This document shows positions 27,752 to 42,630 of a stretch of 64,000 bases of DNA, one piece after another. How positions within the stretch are numbered: position 1 is the first letter of the stretch; the number at the start of each line of letters is the position of its first letter. The translations under genes were made by a program, and so were the position numbers. The notes beneath the pieces are model-generated. The model was not told the DNA's origin, did not search any database, and worked only from the letters and a program-made list of their open reading frames with translations. The stretch comes from the human T2T-CHM13v2.0 reference genome, Homo sapiens. The DNA lies in NCBI RefSeq assembly GCF_009914755.1, contig NC_060934.1. One strand, 5' to 3'.

Positions 27752-28575
27752 TTTTCTTAGCTTGGATTTCCCCCCAAGAAAGCAGAACTTGAGATAAGAA
27801 CTCTTATAGAAACAATTTACTTTGAGAAGTGATCTGAGAGAACAGGAATGGGGAACTGAGGAGAGTGAGGAGGGAAAGTGGGAATTCCAGCCGGTTTATA
27901 GATGCATTATTAGCTGGTTATGGCTGTGGGATCAACCCCAGGGAGGACTGTATTAGTCTGTTTTCACACTGCTGATAAAGATATACCTGAGACTGGGTAA
28001 TTTATAAAGAAAAAGAGGTTTAATGTACTCACAGTTCCACGTGGCTGGAAAGGCCTCACAATCATGGTGGAGGGCAAAAGGCATGTCTTACATGGTGGCA
28101 GACAAGAGAGAATGAGAGCCAAACAAAAAGGGAAACCCCTTATAAAACCATCAGATCCTATGAGACTTATTCACTACCATGATTCAAGTATCTCCCACTG
28201 GGTCCCTCCCACAACACGTGGGAATTATGGGAGCTACAGTTCAAGATGAGATTTGGGTGGGGACACAGAGCCAAACCATATCAAGGGCAATCTGAGGAAT
28301 GGTGTAGGATGTTCCTCAGCACTGTCCACCCAAGACACAGAAATGGAGTATTTCCCTGTTGGCTCTCAGCCCACTGGTCAAGGGCTGCCCCAGCAATTAG
28401 CCCACTGGCAGCATGGCTGGGCTGGTTCCTACAGAGATTCCTCACCACAGGAGCAGGACTGCCCCCAGATAGAAGGCAAAAGAGACAGCAGGAAACTGAA
28501 GTGAGGTGTTGTGAGGTTCACTTGTGCACAGGTGGTTCCTACAGCAGTGGCTGGAGCAAGACTGATGGGGCATAA
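27752..28575 (-). mobile_element. Old MLT1 LTR (host of the THE1 insertion)
   Basis: TTTCTTAGCTTGGATTTCCCCCAAGAAAGCAGAACTTGAGATAAG...TTTGAGAAGTGATC; continues past the THE1. Confidence 0.6.
27949..28283 (-). mobile_element. THE1 (C-like) solo LTR
   Basis: TGTATTAGTCTGTTTTCACACTGCTGATAAAG...GGGGACACAGAGCCAAACCATATCA. TSD AGGAC/AGGGC. Confidence 0.93.
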
Positions 28576-29324
28576 ATGCTGCCTGACACAATGTGCTTTC
28601 CCATAAGCTCATATAGGATCTCAGAATCCTTCTCAATGCAGCGCTCCTGGGAGCTATTATGAGCTCGTTGGAGTTGGCATATGCAAAATTAAGCAAACAA
28701 TTTGCCAGCTCCAGAAGAGATGATTAAAAACAGTACTGGAGCAAGTTCTTGCATAAGCCTGTGTGAAAGTTACCAAGCATGGTTGATTGAACGGGTACTT
28801 TAAAACTTGTGGATTTCCTGTTTGGGTACTCAAGGGAGTCAGCACTAATTCTGGGAAGGTAGTGAAACATTGCCGTCTTTATACGACCAGGTAATGAAGC
28901 CAGGCCAGGGCGGTGGTCTTGCTAGGGGGACAGGTGCCATTCACAAGGAGGCTGCTGGTGCCTCAAGAGTCCCTTGCTGGATTCGCAGGCTCTGCATGGC
29001 AGCCACCTGAGAACACAGAGCATCTCAAGGGGTTTGAAGAGTTTGTGAGAATTGATTAAACATTTAAATTGGTGTTACATCCATTGATTAGATGTACATC
29101 AATTTACTCTCTTTATCCTTGGAATCTTTATCTCCCCAGTTAACACATACTACAAGCGTAGGCTACTAATTTCTTGATTACTCAGAGAAATTATCCAGTT
29201 GATAAATCGTATCTGTGAGAAATATAAAAGAGAAACAGATGAATAACAAAATTGATTATTCAGGATAACTAACATCTGTCCTCAAAAATAGTAGTTGAGA
29301 TGCATGATGGGGTGTCCTTTAAAT

Positions 29325-29854
29325 TAGTAGTCCCCAACCGTTTCAGCACCAGGGACTGGTTTCATGGAAGATAATTTTTCCATGGATGGGGTGGAGACAG
29401 GGATGGTTTCAGGATGATCCAAGTGCATTACATTTATTATGCACTTTATTTCTATTGTTATTACATTGTAATATATAATAAAATAATTCTATGACTCACC
29501 ATAAAGTAGAATCAGTGGGAGCCCTGAGCTTGTTTTCCTGCAACTAGACAGCCCCATCTGGGGGTGATGGGAGACAGTGACAGATCATCAGGCCTTAGAT
29601 TCTCATAAGAAGCTTACAACCCAGATCCTTCGCACACACAGTTCACGATAGGGTTCATGCTCCTGTGAGAATCTAATGCCATCACTGATCTGATAGGGGG
29701 CGAAGCTCAGATGGTAATGTGGGCCACGGAGAGCGGCTGTGAACACAGATGAAGTTTGGCTTGCTGGCCCGCCACTCACCTTCTGCTGTGAAGCCTGGTT
29801 TCTACCAGGCCATGGAATGCTACATGTCTGTAGGCCAGAGGTTAGGGATCCCTG
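29325..29854 (+). mobile_element. MER1A (non-autonomous hAT-Charlie), full length
   Basis: Degenerate TIRs (TAGTAGTCCCCAACC / GGTTAGGGATCCCTG), about 530 bp, perfect 8-bp TSD CTTTAAAT (29317-29324, 29855-29862). Confidence 0.92.
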
Positions 29855-31589
29855 CTTTAAATACTCATCAATGAGGTGTTTCAAAGAGAATTCGTCCCTG
29901 GAACTGTGTATTTGGTAACTAGCATAAGAAGACCTGCCGGTAGATTACAAGTTAATCCATAGCACAGCACAGAAGGAAGCCTTTAATTAGAGAAAGAGAT
30001 ATATTCAGCCACCGGTGTTGATCTTATCGTTCTGGGGAAAGCTCGTGGCAGTCACAAAATGTTGAAGACCCTGAGGCTGATGTGATGTGTGGCCAGATCT
30101 GCAAAATTGAGAGAAAACTTGAATATTTATTTATTTATTTATTTATTCTGAATTATCCTCATTGGTTTTTAAAAATGCACAGGTTTACTTTGAAAGCATT
30201 ATTTGGCTTCCAGGCCAAATAGGAAAAAGGGGGCATTTTTTAACCTTGGTTTGGGTTTGGGGGCTTAGAGACAGTTTCTCTTTTAAGATATACAAACCTC
30301 CAATATACCTGCAAATAAGTGAGACCAAAACATTGTTTCTTCCTGTGAGTTGAAAAAAAATCTGGTGGGTTTACAGTGGGAGGAAATGATTTCTGGCTGC
30401 ATGTGATGTAGGAAATGTGAAGACTGCTTCTGTACCCCATAACTGCTATGATTAAATAATGGCCTTTCTCTGCTTGGTTTTAAGATTTGGAGGTGACTTG
30501 ATGATTTCAGTGTAGAAAAACAGTGCATAGTCTAAAAATGCTTATGGGAAAGTGGAAAAAGGCGTAGAGAAAATAAGAACAGTCTTAGTCACTAGAGAAT
30601 CTGTGCAAACACGAGCTGCTTGGGGCTTCTCAGAGATGGCTACTTTTGTATCAATCACAAGGCTCCATATGCTCAATTTGTCAGAAACTCACCCAATCCC
30701 AGACTCATGCACATATGCACATCCCAGTTTCAATGTTTTATTACTTTATTTCATGTTAAGTGATTATTCTGCACAAATTTTCTCAGGAAGTAATTGTACA
30801 CAATTCTAGGAGTTAAAGGTAGACATAAATAAGAGTAAAATCCTTTGATCTACAAGTGTTAATTAATTGTGCATAACTAAGCATTATCATGTGAAGATGG
30901 ATGGAAGTTTCGTAGACCAGACATTTTTCATGCAGCTGTGATCAGTGAGTTTCTCCAGTAGCAAAGACAAACAATTTGTGTATGCAAACCAGTACAGCTA
31001 ACAATGTCTTAATTGTTGTTATTTAAAAGAGGAGCAATTAATTAGCATTCATATAGCATACTAGCTTTCACTTAGTTAATTGTATAGATCCAAATTCCAA
31101 AATAAAAACAATGTGTATATGGCTCTCATTTGCCAAATTCAACATAAGCTGAGAATTTGTAAATTGAGAAGCTTGTCAGAGGGAATTCCCCTCTGGTGGG
31201 AATAATTCCTCTCTCACTAGTTAGTTCTCCCATTAGAGACCTTGACTATGGTGTAGAAATCTTTTTTCTCCATTTCTGAAATAAAATAGGAGAACTTTAA
31301 ACAATAAGATAAAAGTAACTATGAAGAAAAATCCAACACACAAAAAGGTAACAATGGAGCACAATTCGAAGTTCAAATTCCTGATCCGCATAACATCTGA
31401 GCTGAGTTTGAATTGCCTCCCTCACTTGCCAAACAACTGGTCCTGCATTCTTCTCAAGGCTCTGACTCCCAGCTCATCTGCCAAGAAGTCTCTGGCATGT
31501 CCAGAGCTCACGAATGCAGCTGTTGGGCTTGGATTACCCTCACTGCATGATTTTCCAGATAGTCCCTTGGTGGTACTTCCTTGAGGAAT

Positions 31590-32072
31590 CCCCACGGGAG
31601 TGGGCAGACACTGCGGATTGGTTTCAACTGCCTTCTTGGAGTAGAGGCTGGAATATTAAAAATGACATCTCCTAGATTCCCTTGCAGTTGGAGTTTGGGA
31701 TGTGATTTAGGTTCTGCGAGCAGAAACATTTGCTCAGAACTTGGATTTGAGGTGGGCAACACACCTCCTTTCCATTGAAACGGATCCTAGTGAGCCGGCT
31801 TGGCACAGGGACCCTTGTGTGCAGAGGCAGGTTCATCCCTCAAGCAGCATATTCCCCGTGCCTGATTGCGGCAAAAGCAACCACTCTCTTGTCTGCCAGA
31901 GACTGCAGTATAATTTGAACGTTATTCCTAAAAGCACAGCCCAGAGTTTGTTTCTGCAGCGTTCGCAATGATTCTGGAAGGTGTTTACTAGCCTGTGATA
32001 AGAATCTCTTCTTACGTAAACTAGCCAGAGTGAAGTCTGTTCTTTGCCAGTAAACTTTTACCCTAATTGGTG
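31590..32072 (+). mobile_element. Old ERVL-type LTR (LTR33/LTR16-like)
   Basis: CATCTCCTAGATTCCCTTGCAG...GATGTGATTTAGGTTCTG and end TAAACTAGCCAGAGTGAAGTCTGTT. Confidence 0.55.
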
Positions 32073-32539
32073 TGATTATTCTCAAGAAAATGGGCAATCT
32101 GGATTGTCAATCTTATCAGATTACGTGTGAAAGCAACAAGGATATTTTGCCTTCAGAATATGGGTTACCTGTTTTTAACTGTGCCAGAAAGCTTAATTTA
32201 AAATAATATGATGAGCTCAGGGTTGAGATTTTCTTTTAAAGAAACAGGCAGAGGACCACAGCACTTCCCTGCGTGTGCTCATGTCTTGTAGGCATGGGGC
32301 TGATGCAGCTGGCAATCAGGCATGGTCTGTCCTCATGGGCTGCTGAATTACAGCACAGGTTCTGCCTTTCCAGCCTTCCCATTCTCGTGTGTGTGTGTGT
32401 GTGTGTGAAAATAGGACAATTCTGGGAAAGAGAGGATTGGAAAGAGGATGTTTGGGCAGATTCAAACCCCAGAGAGGCTTTGTCAGCCACAGAAGCAAGC
32501 CCTCCTCCCCTAAGGCTTAATGCAAACATCTCACCTGGG

Positions 32540-34096
<1,557 letters not shown>

Positions 34097-34750
34097 TGGT
34101 GACCAGGAGTTTCTGAGGAACCAAAAAGTTTCTTGGGCAACAGCCTATTTGCAGAGATGAGCATAAGGTACATAGATATGACCTAGATCTCAGAAATACG
34201 CTCAAGAGACAAAACTACCCTTGGCTGTTGGGAGAGAGAGAGGCAAAGTTCTGTTAGACTTGTTTCCCAGCCTATATTCCATGAGTGCTCAGAAGAAAAG
34301 GGATTGAAAATAAACAACAATGATCAAAATCAGCAACCAAAATAAGGCAAGAATGACTTTGAGAGGTTTCCTTCTTTGCTTTGGCTTTTTTACTTTTGGG
34401 AAATGGAACAAAGTCTGGGATTTTTGGGAAAAGTATTAAAGAAGCATTGGTGCTCCAGACTTGGAGGCTGGCTATGGTGGTCAAAGGCAGCACAGCACCA
34501 GTGCCGTGGCCTCTGTGTCCTTGTGGTGACATGGTTGGGTGTAGGGGCATGATCAGTGGCAGTTACAGGAGAAGACAAAATACCCTCCAAAGACTTATAG
34601 GAATAGGTATGGGGGATGCATATTTTTAGGAGGACAGAGATTATGCAAAAAAGGGAAAATATTATCTTCAGAAAAATGCTGATACTATTAACTAACATTT
34701 ATCACTTTTTATGTGCCAGCCTTGTGCTCAGCACTTTACATGCATTTTAT

Positions 34751-35056
34751 TTATTTATTTACTCTTTTTTGAGACGGAGTCTCGCTCTGCCACCCAGGCT
34801 GGGGTGCTGTGGCGAAATCTCTCTCGGCTCACTGCAAGCTCCACCTCCTGGGGTTCATGCCGTTCTCCTGCCTCAGCCTCCCGAGTAGCTGGGACTACAG
34901 GCGCCCGCCACCACGCCCGGCTAATTTTTTGTATTTTTAGTAGAGACAGGGTTTCACCGTGTTAGCCGGGATGGGCTCTATCTCCTGACCTCGTGTTCCG
35001 CCCACCTTAGTCTCCCAAAGTGCTGGCATTACAGGCGTGAGCCACCGTGCCCACCC
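34751..35056 (-). mobile_element. AluY inserted in a MIR
   Basis: Y diagnostics (GCAAGCTCC, CACCGTGTTAGCCGGGATG). Perfect TSD TACATGCATTTTAT (34737-34750, 35057-35070). Confidence 0.95.
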
Positions 35057-35289
35057 TACATGCATTTTATAACTTCATCATTTTCTCAACTTGTGGGGAG
35101 GAGGTAAGGGAGGCTTAGGAAAGTTAGGTAATCTGCGTGGTTATCTTTAGGTGGGAAGTGGGGGTGCAGAGACCACCACAGGGTCCTTCCGTACAAAGTT
35201 TGGCAACTTCACGGCAGGCCACCCTAGAAATGTGCCGCATGGGTACTCTGTGACTTGTAAGGCTTCTGAAAACCAACTTATACTCCACG

Positions 35290-35400
35290 TGGAAACTGAG
35301 GCTTGCTGAGGTGAAATAACTTACCAGAGGTCACATGGGTTCTTATTTCAGAACTGGGACAAGAATCTAGGTTTCTGACTTCCAGCCCAGCGTTGTTTTG
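35290..35400 (-). mobile_element. MIR
   Basis: GGAAACTGAGGC...AAATAACTTACCAGAGGTCACA...TCTGACTTCCAGCCC. Confidence 0.7.
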
Positions 35401-37644
35401 GTGACAATATACTGTCTGATTGTAGAATCACTCAAGAGGGGAACAAAGCTCAGGAAATGAGATCAGCCCAGTCTCCATGTGATGAAGCAGATCACAGATC
35501 CTCCCCGGATACACGTTTACCCCAAGATGAGAGCAGGCTAAGAGCTGAGAGTGGTATGCCCCTTCATGCCCTCCCACCAGCCTCACATACCACACAGAGC
35601 ACATTTCTGACTAGCTTCTGTCACATTTGACACCCACCCTGGGGACCTGAGAGTCACCCAAGGGAATGAATGAAGCAGAGCTACAAATATTCAAATGGGT
35701 AAATTTCACAATGTAATATTGAGAAGACACTCGTAAGTTAAGGTGAGTGTGTACAACATGATAAAACATACATAAAGTTTAAGAAATGTTAAACAAGGCT
35801 CTACATTTTTAAGGATATATGCATATATAGCTTAAGTATAAAAAATGTGGAGTAATGCTAATCTTCAAATTCAGGGAGTGGCTTCTTGGGTGGAAGTTGG
35901 GGGTGGCGAGTGGAAGCACAGAAGGGTGAGGGGTATAGGATGACACCACCTTGAACTCATGATGAAGAGCTTGGCTCTTTCCCGGCAGTTTTATTCAATG
36001 CTCCAAAGGCCATTTTCGGTGTTGGGAGCAGTAGGGGTAGGGAGAGGGGTGGAAAATCTTGGCCTTGGCCCAGCTATGTCTAGATAAACTGGAAATTTGC
36101 CCTGACAGCTCTTTTCCTCTATTGTGCAAGGCAGGGCCAAGTGATGTCATTGGGACATGCAGATGTCTCTGTCCTCTTCTTTGACTAGTGCCAAGAAAAA
36201 TGATCTTTGCAATGAACTGATGCTCCTTCCCCCAACTCAGATTCAGCTGTCTATCATTTCTAAACCTGTGGCCACAGGCTAGATCCCTGGAAACTCAAGA
36301 AATGCTTTCCTTGAGGGAAATCATGCCCTGCTGCTTTCTGCTTTAAAACAGAGTGCTGGCTTATCTCCAGGATAGTGGAAAAGCTGTTGGCATCTCAGTT
36401 ATGTTACAAGGGGCACACACAAAAAGCAAATTAATTGCTTCCTTCCTACCTTCTTTTATTCATTTATATATTCATTCATTTAAGGAAAGAATATTGATTG
36501 AACATCTACTCAAGAACTGCAAAACAGAGATTACCTGACCTAAAGGTAAGTATTGGCAACAGAGGAGACAAACTTGGGAGCAGGCAGCTATAGCACAACA
36601 CGGTGCAGCCATACCTAGGAGAGGGAGACGGGAGTCCCTGGAAGGATCACCTAACACAGCCTGGAGAAGAGCTGAGAGGGGAAAGCCTTAGAAAAAGGGC
36701 CACATGAGATAAGTCTTTAACAGTAAGTGGGAGTTAACCAGATGGAAAATGGGCAGCAGCAATTTTGGACAGAGCAGCAGGTGGAAAGTCAAGGGGCCAT
36801 GAGAAAGCAGGATGCTTGTGGGAACTGCTGGAGACGGATGGTGGTGAGTGGATGGGATTCTAATCAGGACCATGTTTGTCCTCAATTTCTCCAGGGTGGC
36901 ATGCACACAACAGCAAAAATGCCTATGTATTCCACGCTGGGCACTGTACTAGGAGTTTCACACATATGATCACATTTCATCTTCATTTTACAACCAAGGA
37001 AGTGGTCTAGGCTAGACTTGACCCTGAGTTGCCATCTCCTTGTATTTGCCCTTGACACTGTTACTACATGGAATTATAAGATCCACTCTGCTTACCACAC
37101 ATCTGTTGTGATGGTCAAATGATGCAAAGTATGTGAAAGCACTCACAGAACTACAAAATGCTTCATGTATAAAGTCTTGTTTCAACAATACAGGTCTTTT
37201 AGTGGAAAACTAGAATTAATAATGCTGTACTGATAATTTCCACTGTATTTCTAGTTGGTGTGAGGTCAGGGATCTGAGGTAGCAGAGAAAGGAGGGAGGC
37301 AATTTACACTCGGGGAATATATTTTTAAATGTCCCCTTGCACAAAAGTCATTTAGTTATGTGCAAGATCATCTTTAGCAGATTTATTAATTTGTGATCTT
37401 TATTTTGGGAAATTCAAATTATAGTGAATTCCCACCCATGCTTATTATGTAGCAGAAATCGTGCATGTCATCAAGGGCAGGGGAGGGAATCTCAGGGACT
37501 GGGAAGGGTGATTGGACATAGTACCTTCTAAACTCATATTAATAAAATAAAGTTATCAAATGAAGCCCAGGGTTGGGAAGGACTTATATGTGGAAATTCT
37601 TTTAGCATAATATGGCTCAGAACTTAGACTATGAGTAAGACTAG

Positions 37645-37812
37645 CTACACCATTTGCAGAGTCTAGTCCAAAATAAACATGCAGGATCTCTTAATCAGAA
37701 ATCGATGAATTTCATGATGGCAACAGCAGAACCTCATGTCAAGTGTGTTGCCCTTCTGGGCACAGGGCTCTTTGTGACTACATGGGTTGCATGCCCATGA
37801 TGCTGGCCCCTA
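37645..37812. mobile_element. MER45-like hAT-Tip100 fragment
   Basis: TTTCATGATGGCAACAGCAGA...GGGCTCTTTGTGACTACATGGGTTGCATGCCCATGATGCTGGCCC. Confidence 0.55.
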
Positions 37813-38489
37813 CTATAAGTTAGGAATCTTCCATGTTATCTGGTGAAAGGTATTGGCTGAGACTTATCCTTGCAGTGAAAAATGACTTGTTTGAGGACAC
37901 TTGGGAACAGCTAGTGAAAAACATGAACACAGAAAAGAGGAAATTCTAAGTCAATTTGAAAGACACTGTTTCCTTATTCCTCTCTTCCACTTTCAAGTCC
38001 CAAACATCCCCTTTCTTCTACTGAATACACATGTTACCTGCCTGTTGTTGATCTATTCAAATGACACATGACTTTTATTGGAATTTCTTCCTGTTGGTAA
38101 AACTAGACCACTGCTACTGCAACAGAAGCTCATCCTTTTTGCTGAGTTTTCAGGGGAAATCAAACAGCTGTGTATCCTGTGCTTGGCCTTCAAAGTATTC
38201 ATAATCTGAACTACTTTTACCTATTTTCCAGTTCTTCCAAATACCCATTTTCTGTTTTTATTTTCCAGATGACTATGATCCTGTTTCTTGAAATGTTTCT
38301 TTTTTTAACTAAAAAAGTTTTTAAATGCATCTCAGGACTGGGTGCACCATGGTTACAATTAGGCCAAGAAAAATATTCTCTCCACTAGGTTTTTTAAATG
38401 TTCACCTCCACTTCTTGACTTAACACTTGCCCAAAACAAAACGGATCTCTTTTGCAGATGAATATGGTACCCCTGACAACACAGTGGGT

Positions 38490-39970
38490 TGGTTCAGTAG
38501 CATCCATTCAACATATATTTATTCAGCATTACGAAATATCAGGTGCTATGATGGATGTTATATATAAAGTGATAAACAAGGTAAATATTGGGCTCATATT
38601 CTATTGATGGAGACAGACATAAAAAATTGTCACATGAATAAACATACAATGAATATATAAATACAATGATGGAAAAGAAAAATTGTTATACGCAAGAGTC
38701 AGTTGCTTCTTTAATTGCATGGTTAAGGATGCCCGCTCTGTGGAAGAGATAGTTTAACTGAGACTTGAAGATGAGAAGGAGCCAGTCAGGCAAAGAACTG
38801 GTATGGATATGGGGTAGAGAGTGGTCCAGGTGAAATGTGATAATCCTAAGGCCAGAAATCATTTTGGGGATTTGGGGATCTGAAAGAATGTTAAAATGGT
38901 CAACATACTGTGAGTTAGGGATTGAGGCTAGAGAGGCAGGTAGGGTCCAGAGCATTCAGGCAGAAACAACAGGAAGTGTGGGTGCTGAGTAATCAAAAGG
39001 ATGGACTGAGCTGGTTACTAAGTTACTGCTTCTCAGCTTCAAAGCTGTCCTTCCACACCCATTTCTTCTGGATGCTGAGATGGAGACTCTATATCACAAA
39101 ATTTCTGCATTATCAGCTGCCAACCTGCTAAGCTCTGCTGAAGGAAGACACTAAGGGACACTGAAAGGCTAGAGGCATCATAGGAAGAGACCTGCTCTTT
39201 CCTTTTTGCTTCCAGTTCCTGTTGGCAAGGTTCTAGCAAAGATGATACTAATACACCTTGGCAGTGACAGTAGATTTCAGTTTGCACGTTTCCTAATATT
39301 GCTAGGTTCAGCTTCACTCCCATTCCAAACCCATCCTGAGACAGGAGCAACGGCTGGCTGGAGAGTCCTCCTTAGAGGTCTAAGTCCTGCTTTATGGAAT
39401 ATTTCCTCCAGGTGTCTCATAATCCCAAGCTCTTAATAACTCCAACCTTATCTCTGTGTTCCCCCAGACCTAAGGCAGATAGTTTTTCACCGCATTTAAT
39501 AGTTTTGTGATATCTTAATGTTTTCTTTTTGTCTTTTTGCATTCTCTAACATCTGGTTGAAATTATTTATATTAAATTCATTTTGTTAAAATAACTAGTG
39601 AGATTTCTGTCTTTTGACTAGATCCCAATTGATACAGATGATGTTAGGAAATGGAGACAAGTGATTTTCAAGTTTCTAGCTAAGTTGGGTGGATGAAATG
39701 CCATTTTCATGGGAAGACTTGAATAAGAATATTTTGCTATCTTAGATAAGCAAAAGTTTAGTTTTGGACATGTAAGGTATGAAATGCCTTAAATGAGACA
39801 TTTAAATGGAGATGCAGCAGAAGCAGTCAGATAGACAAATTTAGAGCTCAGGGATATGGCTGCAACAAGTAGGTGAAACTACACAGGAGATGGAAAGATT
39901 GGAAAAAACCCAGAAAAGTTTTGTGGTCTGGAAGCCACGAGAAGAATGTTTCAAGAAGAGGATGTGTGGT
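38490..39970 (-). mobile_element. L2 fragments with an inserted old ERVL-type LTR (approx. 38978-39636)
   Basis: CATTCAACATATATTTATT...AGGTGCTATG L2 tail and TTTTGGACATGTAAG...TGAAATGCCT L2 body. The internal segment ends AAATAACTAGTGAGATTTCTGT...TGATACA like an ERVL LTR. Confidence 0.55.
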
Positions 39971-39971
39971 G

Positions 39972-41330
39972 CTGCATAAAAATAGACATATAAATCAATA
40001 GAAGAGAATTGAGAACACAGAAATAACCCCTCACATTTATGGTCAATTGATTTTTAGCAAGGTTGCCGAAACAATCAACAGAATAGAATTTTTTTTAACA
40101 AATGGTGCATGAACAACTGGATATCTACATGCAAAAGAAAACAGCTGGACCCTTCCTCACATAATATGCAATTATTAACTCAAAATGGACCAAACACCTA
40201 AATGTGAGAGTTAAAACTGTAAAAATCTTAGAAGAAAACATAGGGGTAAATCTTTGAGACTCTGGATTAGGCAATGTTTTATTAAATACAATGCCAAATG
40301 CACAAACAACAAAAGGAAAAAAAATGGAACTTCAAAAATGAAAACATGTGCTTCAAAAGATATCATCAAGAAAGTGGAAAAACAACCAAGAGACTTGAAG
40401 AATATATTTGCAAATCATATATCTGATAAAGGACTTGTGTCTAGAATATATAAATAACACAACTCACTAATTAAAAAAAAAACACCAAGTCAACCATTTA
40501 AAAAAATGGGCAAAAGATCTAAATACACATTTTCCAACGTAGATATAAAAATAACCTGTACATACATGAAAGGATGTTCAACCTCATTAGTCATCAGAAA
40601 AATGCCAGTGAAAACCACAACCACTTCACACCCACTAGGATGGCTGTAATTTTTTTAAAAAAAACAGATATAATAAGTGTTGATGAGAATGCAGAGAAAT
40701 TAGAACTTTTATTCATTGCTGATGGGAATGTAAGAATGGTTTAGTCACTTTGAAAAACAGTCTGGCAGTTCCTCAAAAGGTTAAACACAGAGTTAACATA
40801 TGACCCAGCACTTCTACTCATAGGCATATACCCAAAAGAAATGAAACATATGTCCACACAACGACTTGTACATGAATGACCACAGCAGCATTGTTCATAA
40901 TAGCTAAAAGCTGGAAATAACCCAAATGCCCGCCATGTGATTAATAGATAAGCAAAATGTGGTAGATCTATACAGTGAAATATTATTTGGCAATAAAAAG
41001 GAATGGAATACTGATATATACTACAACATGGCTGAACTTTGCAAACATACTCTGTGAAAGAAGCCAGTCATAAAAGATCACATGATATATAATTCAATTT
41101 ATATGAAATATCCAGAATAGATAAATCTCTAGAGACAGAAAGTGGATTACTGGTTTCTTAGGGCTGGAAGGAGGGCTGGGGGGATTAGAGAGTGATGGGT
41201 AGTGGGTACAGGTTTCTTTCTGGGGTGATGAAATATTCCAAAACAGATTGTGTTAAAAACCACCACATTGTATACTTTAAATGAATTATTTGCATGGTAT
41301 GTAAATTATATCTCAATAAAGTTGTTACAA
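39972..41330 (+). mobile_element. L1MB-type 3' ~1.35 kb
   Basis: ORF2 end (IFANHISDKGLVSRIYK in ORF 40254) through 3'UTR ending GTATGTAAATTATATCTCAATAAAG. Confidence 0.9.
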
Positions 41331-41848
41331 TGAATACATATTCTTGTAGCAAAAAATAAAAGATGAGATAGTGAAATGCACAAAATGCTACTAAAAGGTG
41401 GTGTAAAATCAGGATACAAATATCCAACATATTTGGTAACACGCAAGAGAGCGGTCACTTTGATAAGAGCTGGTAGAGCGGGCTTACCTGAAAAGCCTCT
41501 AAGAATTTCCAGGCCATGAAGAGTGTTTATTGGAGATTTATCAACATGAGTTCAAAATGAGACCAATCTGTGAACTAGAGCAGACCCCAAATATTGGTCT
41601 GGGTGAAAAAATCGACAAAAATAAGGACTTGGGCTTGCCTAATGTTGCTTTCACTAGGTTTTACCATGTACTTAGCAAGAAAGTAAAGGAGACATTTAAA
41701 ATATGAACATTTTGTAATGGGGTAAGGGATCATTGTTCTCTGATCCCTTACCTGTTCCTGCTATAGATGAATCCAGGATTCGGTGGTGCCTGTTCCAGGA
41801 ACCTTTAGTGTGAAGGATCCTCCAGGTGAGAGAAGCCTTTATGTCTTC

Positions 41849-42207
41849 TGAAATGGTTCTGCTGTGTCCCCACCCAAATCTTGTATTGAAGCTCCCATAA
41901 TTCCCGCGTGCTGTGGGAGGGACCCAGTGGGAGATAATTGAATCATGGAGGCAGTTTCCCCCATACTGTTCTTGTGGTAGTGAATAAATCTCACCAGATC
42001 TGATGATTTTATAAGAGGTTTCCCCTTTCACTTGGCTCTCTCATTCTCTCTTGCCTGCCGCCATATAAGATGTGCCTTTTGCCTTCCACCATGATTGTGA
42101 GGCCTCCCCAGCCACACGGAACTGTGAGTCCATTAAACCTCTTTTTCTTTATACATCAGCCAGTCTTGGGTATGTCTTTATCAGCAGCATGAAAACAGAC
42201 TAATCCA
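41849..42207 (+). mobile_element. THE1 (C-like) solo LTR
   Basis: TGAAATGGTTCTGCTGTGTCCCCACCCAAATC...TATGTCTTTATCAGCAGCATGAAAACAGACTAAT. TSD TCTTC/CCTTC. Confidence 0.92.
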
Positions 42208-42630
42208 CCTTCTTTGGGCTTGATGGGTGGGGATAGGGAGAGGTGGAGATAACCTGCCTCACTGAGACCTATCATCTGGGTTCTAAGTGCATAATTCCTT
42301 GCTGGCCCCAGATACTGAACCAAGTTCTCCTGTGTTTAATTTCTTGCCTTTCCTTCGTGTCTACTCGAAGTTTCATGGCATCAGACGAATCTCTGCCCCA
42401 GCGGGGTCATATGAATTTCTTCTGAAACACTCAAATGCATAGGGCAATGAGAGAGTGGAGCATCAGCAGGCTGACATCTGTTCTTTAAGAACTCTTTAGC
42501 AGAAATAGTCAGACATAAATGTGCATGCTCATTTAAGCTAAGCTCTAGGACACAGTTTCTCTAATGGCATCTTGTGAGATGTCACTGGTGATTCTGCAAG
42601 GGAGTGTGAATGAAAAAGTAAACCCTAATT

